Below are positions 60,946-64,000 of a stretch of 64,000 bases of DNA, piece after piece. Position numbers and translations under genes: made by a program. Numbering within the stretch: position 1 is the first letter of the stretch; the number at the start of each line of letters is the position of its first letter. A model generated the notes under the pieces. It worked only from the letters and a program-made list of their open reading frames with translations. It was not told the origin of the DNA and ran no database searches. The DNA is taken from contig JAUTCN010000005.1 of NCBI GenBank assembly GCA_030673965.1, forward strand, positions 53,344 through 117,343, written 5' to 3'. Origin of the DNA: Fusobacterium sp. JB019 (GTDB lineage: Bacteria; Fusobacteriota; Fusobacteriia; Fusobacteriales; Fusobacteriaceae).

Positions 60946-62331
60946 TTATCCATTAGCTAATCTATAAATTGCTTCTATATAAATTTTTAATAAAGTATCT
61001 ATAGTAGATAAATCTATACATTCATTTTTTTGATGCATTGTGTCAGTAGTTCCTTTCAATAAAGCTCCAAATGCGACACAATTCTTAACTGCTTTAGCAT
61101 AAGTTCCTCCTCCTGTAGAACGAGGTTCTCCATCAGGATCTCCTGTAACTTCTTGATAAATATCTGTTAGTGTTTTCACTAAAAAATTATCTTTAGCAAC
61201 ATAAAGAGGTCCTTCTTCTTTTAAAGGTACAAATTCCATATTATATTTTTCTAATAATTTTAATAATTTAGTTTTCAACTCATTATAATCAATTGTAACA
61301 GGATATCTAGTATCTACAGATACAACAACGTACCCATCCTCTACAAAAGCTTTTCCATAATTCATCGTAATTTCTCCAGATGGTTCATCCTCATAAAAAA
61401 GTCCTGCAGATTTTCCGTTATATTCCATTTTTACATTTTCAGCAAAATATTTTCCCATTTCTTTTAATCCTGAAATTTCAATATTTAATAAATCAATAAA
61501 ATTCATCAATGAAGATAATGAATTATATCCTGATTCTGGATGAGCTGCATGAGCAGATTTTCCAAAAGAAGTTAATACCACTTTATCCTTTTCAACTTTA
61601 CTTTCTATTTTATATTCTTTTCCTGCATTATAATCTACTAATTTTTTTTCAATTTCTTCTTTATAAGAAATTGGTAAGCTTAATATTGCTTTTTCAGGAA
61701 CAGCATTATATACTTTTCCTCCTTCTAATTTAATATCTTTAGAGTCTGTCTTAATCTTAATAAGTCCTCTCATTATACCTTTTTCAGCAAATGTTACTGG
61801 AAAAGTACTATCAGGAGTAAAAGACATAACTGGTTGAGGCATATTTAATTTACCAAAATAATGCTTCATACATCCCCAATTAGTTTCTTCATTAGCACCA
61901 ACTATCATTCTAACTTTTCTTTTCATTGGTACTCCCAAATCTTTTAAAGTTTTCATTGCGTAAAGAGCTATCATTAGTGGTCCTTTATCATCTAAAGTTC
62001 CTCTTCCATACATTTTATTATTTACAATCTCGCCTGAATAAGCAGGGTAATCCCAACCAGTCCCTTCAGGAACAACATCTACATGACCTAATATTCCTAT
62101 AGATTCTTCTCCTTGACCAAACTCAATATGACCAACGTAATTATCAAAATTTTCTGTTTCAAATCCTAATTTTTTTGCAACTTCTAAAAAATGATTCAAC
62201 GCCTTTGCAGGTCCTTCACCAAATGGCATTCCTGGTTTTGATTCTTCTTCCACACTTTTTATTCTAATAGATTCTTGTAATGATTTTATTACTTCATCTT
62301 TGTATTTTAAAACTTCATTTTGTATATCCAT
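60946..62331 (-). CDS. pepV: PepV (mirror copy)
   Basis: Identical translation to 35882..37267. Confidence 0.88.
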   Translation of the reverse strand: MDIQNEVLKYKDEVIKSLQESIRIKSVEEESKPGMPFGEGPAKALNHFLEVAKKLGFETENFDNYVGHIEFGQGEESIGILGHVDVVPEGTGWDYPAYSGEIVNNKMYGRGTLDDKGPLMIALYAMKTLKDLGVPMKRKVRMIVGANEETNWGCMKHYFGKLNMPQPVMSFTPDSTFPVTFAEKGIMRGLIKIKTDSKDIKLEGGKVYNAVPEKAILSLPISYKEEIEKKLVDYNAGKEYKIESKVEKDKVVLTSFGKSAHAAHPESGYNSLSSLMNFIDLLNIEISGLKEMGKYFAENVKMEYNGKSAGLFYEDEPSGEITMNYGKAFVEDGYVVVSVDTRYPVTIDYNELKTKLLKLLEKYNMEFVPLKEEGPLYVAKDNFLVKTLTDIYQEVTGDPDGEPRSTGGGTYAKAVKNCVAFGALLKGTTDTMHQKNECIDLSTIDTLLKIYIEAIYRLANG

Positions 62332-62356
62332 TTATTCTACTCTCCTTATTATATTC

Positions 62357-63895
62357 TTATAATACCATTTGCATAGTAGTTGATACTCCAGGTCCAATTG
62401 GTAATCCTGCGAAATACCAAATCATTAATAATGCTAACCAAGCAAATAAGAAACATAAAGAATAAGGTAACATTGTTGATATTAAAGTTCCTATTCCACT
62501 ATCTTCATCATATTTTTGAGCATAAGCAACTATAAATGCAAAATATGACATTAAAGGAGAAATTATATTAGTTGACGAATCTCCTATTCTGTACATTGCT
62601 TGAGTAAATTCAGGAGTAAATCCTAATTTCATAAACATTGGAATAAATACAGGTGCCATAATAGCCCATTTAGCTGATGCAGAACCCATAAATAAATTCA
62701 AGAAAGCTGAAACTATTACAAAACCTACAATTAATGGGAAACCTGTAAATCCTATTGCTTCAAGAACATCTGCCCCTTTAACTGCAACTATTGTTCCTAA
62801 GTTTGTATAAGAAAAATATTTTATAAATTGAGCAGCAGCAAATACTAAGGCCATATATCCACCCATTCCACTCAATGCTTTTCCTATTAATTTAACTAGA
62901 TCTTTATCTGATTTTATTGTTCCAACTGCTCTACCATAAAAATATCCAGGTATCATGAAGAAGAACATAATTCCAGGTAATAAACCATTTCTCATAAAAT
63001 TAACAATACTACCATTTTCTCTAAATATTGCATTTTGTGGAACTGTTAATGCTAAAACAATTATTAAATAAATTACTAAAGATATTCCTGCATGTTTTAA
63101 TCCTTTTTTCTCTAAATCTCCAACTTCTCCTAATTCTTCCTTATGCGCTCCTTTATATTCCCCAAGTCTTGGTTCAACAATTTTTTCTGTAATATAAGTA
63201 CCTATAAAAGTAATTAAGAAAGTTGAAACTACCATGAAGTACCAGTTCGCTGTTGGTAAAACTACATAATCCGGAATAAATATTCTAGCAGCCTCTGTTG
63301 ATATCCCTCCTAATAGTGGATCAAGAGTTCCTATTAATAAGTTAGCTGAGAATCCTCCTGAAACTCCTGCAAATGCTGCAGCAATTCCTGCTAATGGATG
63401 TCTTCCAACTGACATAAATATTACAGCTCCAAGTGGAACTAAAACTACATATCCTGCATCAGAAGCTATATTTGACATTATCCCTGCAAAAACTAAAACT
63501 GCTGTTAATAGCTTTGGTGAAGTCGATAAAACTAACTTTCTTAAACAAGCGTGTATTAATCCACTTCCATCTGCTACTCCAACCCCTATAATTGCAACTA
63601 ATACTGTTCCTAAAGGAGCAAAACTTGTAAAGTTTTTAGTCATACTATTAAATGCATATCTTATTCCTTCTGGACTAAGCAATGATTTTGCTTTTAAATG
63701 AATTGCACCTATTTCAAAAGTTTTTCTATTTATTCCAGTATAATCTACTGAAACTCCTGCTTTAGCACAAATAGCCGATACAACTACAACAATTAATGAT
63801 AACATAACAAAAATTGTCATTGGATGAGGTAATTTATTACCTACAACTTCGACTCCGTCAAGAAATCTGTTAAACATACCCTTTTTCTGTTTCAT
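62357..63895 (-). CDS. AbgT family transporter (mirror copy)
   Basis: Identical translation to 34318..35856. Confidence 0.9.
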   Translation of the reverse strand: MKQKKGMFNRFLDGVEVVGNKLPHPMTIFVMLSLIVVVVSAICAKAGVSVDYTGINRKTFEIGAIHLKAKSLLSPEGIRYAFNSMTKNFTSFAPLGTVLVAIIGVGVADGSGLIHACLRKLVLSTSPKLLTAVLVFAGIMSNIASDAGYVVLVPLGAVIFMSVGRHPLAGIAAAFAGVSGGFSANLLIGTLDPLLGGISTEAARIFIPDYVVLPTANWYFMVVSTFLITFIGTYITEKIVEPRLGEYKGAHKEELGEVGDLEKKGLKHAGISLVIYLIIVLALTVPQNAIFRENGSIVNFMRNGLLPGIMFFFMIPGYFYGRAVGTIKSDKDLVKLIGKALSGMGGYMALVFAAAQFIKYFSYTNLGTIVAVKGADVLEAIGFTGFPLIVGFVIVSAFLNLFMGSASAKWAIMAPVFIPMFMKLGFTPEFTQAMYRIGDSSTNIISPLMSYFAFIVAYAQKYDEDSGIGTLISTMLPYSLCFLFAWLALLMIWYFAGLPIGPGVSTTMQMVL

Positions 63896-64000
63896 TTTTC
63901 ACCCTCCTAGTTATTTTATGTACACATAACAGAATTATAATATATTTTTACGTTTTTTTCAACTTTTCTTGGCAAAAATACTATTTATAAAAACAAATTT

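Larger units (their letters stand above)
34213..64000. repeat. Giant spacer-less palindrome; arms 34213-49106 and 49107-64000, each at least 14894 bp
   Basis: All ORF pairs obey x+x'=98213 with identical translations. The last bases of the window are the reverse complement of 34213 onward. Centre GAATAT|ATATTC. Confidence 0.98.

Noticed and set aside
49107-64000. Second copies of lepA, mnmA, tenA and others as genuine paralogs or adaptive gene dosage
   Set aside because: The translations are identical and exactly mirror-symmetric, so they are one event (probably an artefact) and not independent genes.
34213-64000. Composite transposon, invertible segment or prophage explanation for the inverted arms
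   Set aside because: No transposase, recombinase or phage gene, and no central spacer between the arms.
1-64000. CRISPR array, tRNA, rRNA or IS elements
   Set aside because: No regularly spaced direct repeats, cloverleaf or rRNA signatures, or transposase ORFs seen; intergenic gaps are short and explained by promoters and terminators.

Overview
Low-GC bacterial chromosomal DNA, most likely Fusobacteriaceae (inferred from the two Fusobacterium-type HU proteins and the MalH-like GH4/PTS module). Positions 1-34212 are unique sequence. They hold copA, hup, tspO, an uncharacterised RpiR-controlled catabolic locus, PTS/GH4 sugar-phosphate genes, a NUDIX-PLD-SF2 helicase fusion (candidate modification-dependent defence enzyme), AbgT/M20 peptide-use genes, azlCD/trmB, a divergent ThyX-like gene and fabK. 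Positions 34213-64000 are one spacer-less palindrome centred between 49106 and 49107: every base x pairs with 98213-x, so abgT, pepV, mnmA, lepA, the aminopeptidase, the TPP riboswitch-tenA-thiXYZ-like operon, ald and a HU gene appear twice in mirror image. The fold point is the loop of a terminator hairpin. An assembly or read fold-back artefact is the most likely cause; a hairpin telomere or real inverted duplication is not excluded. I found no rRNA, tRNA, CRISPR array, transposase or integrase. Product calls come from motifs recognised by eye, not database searches.
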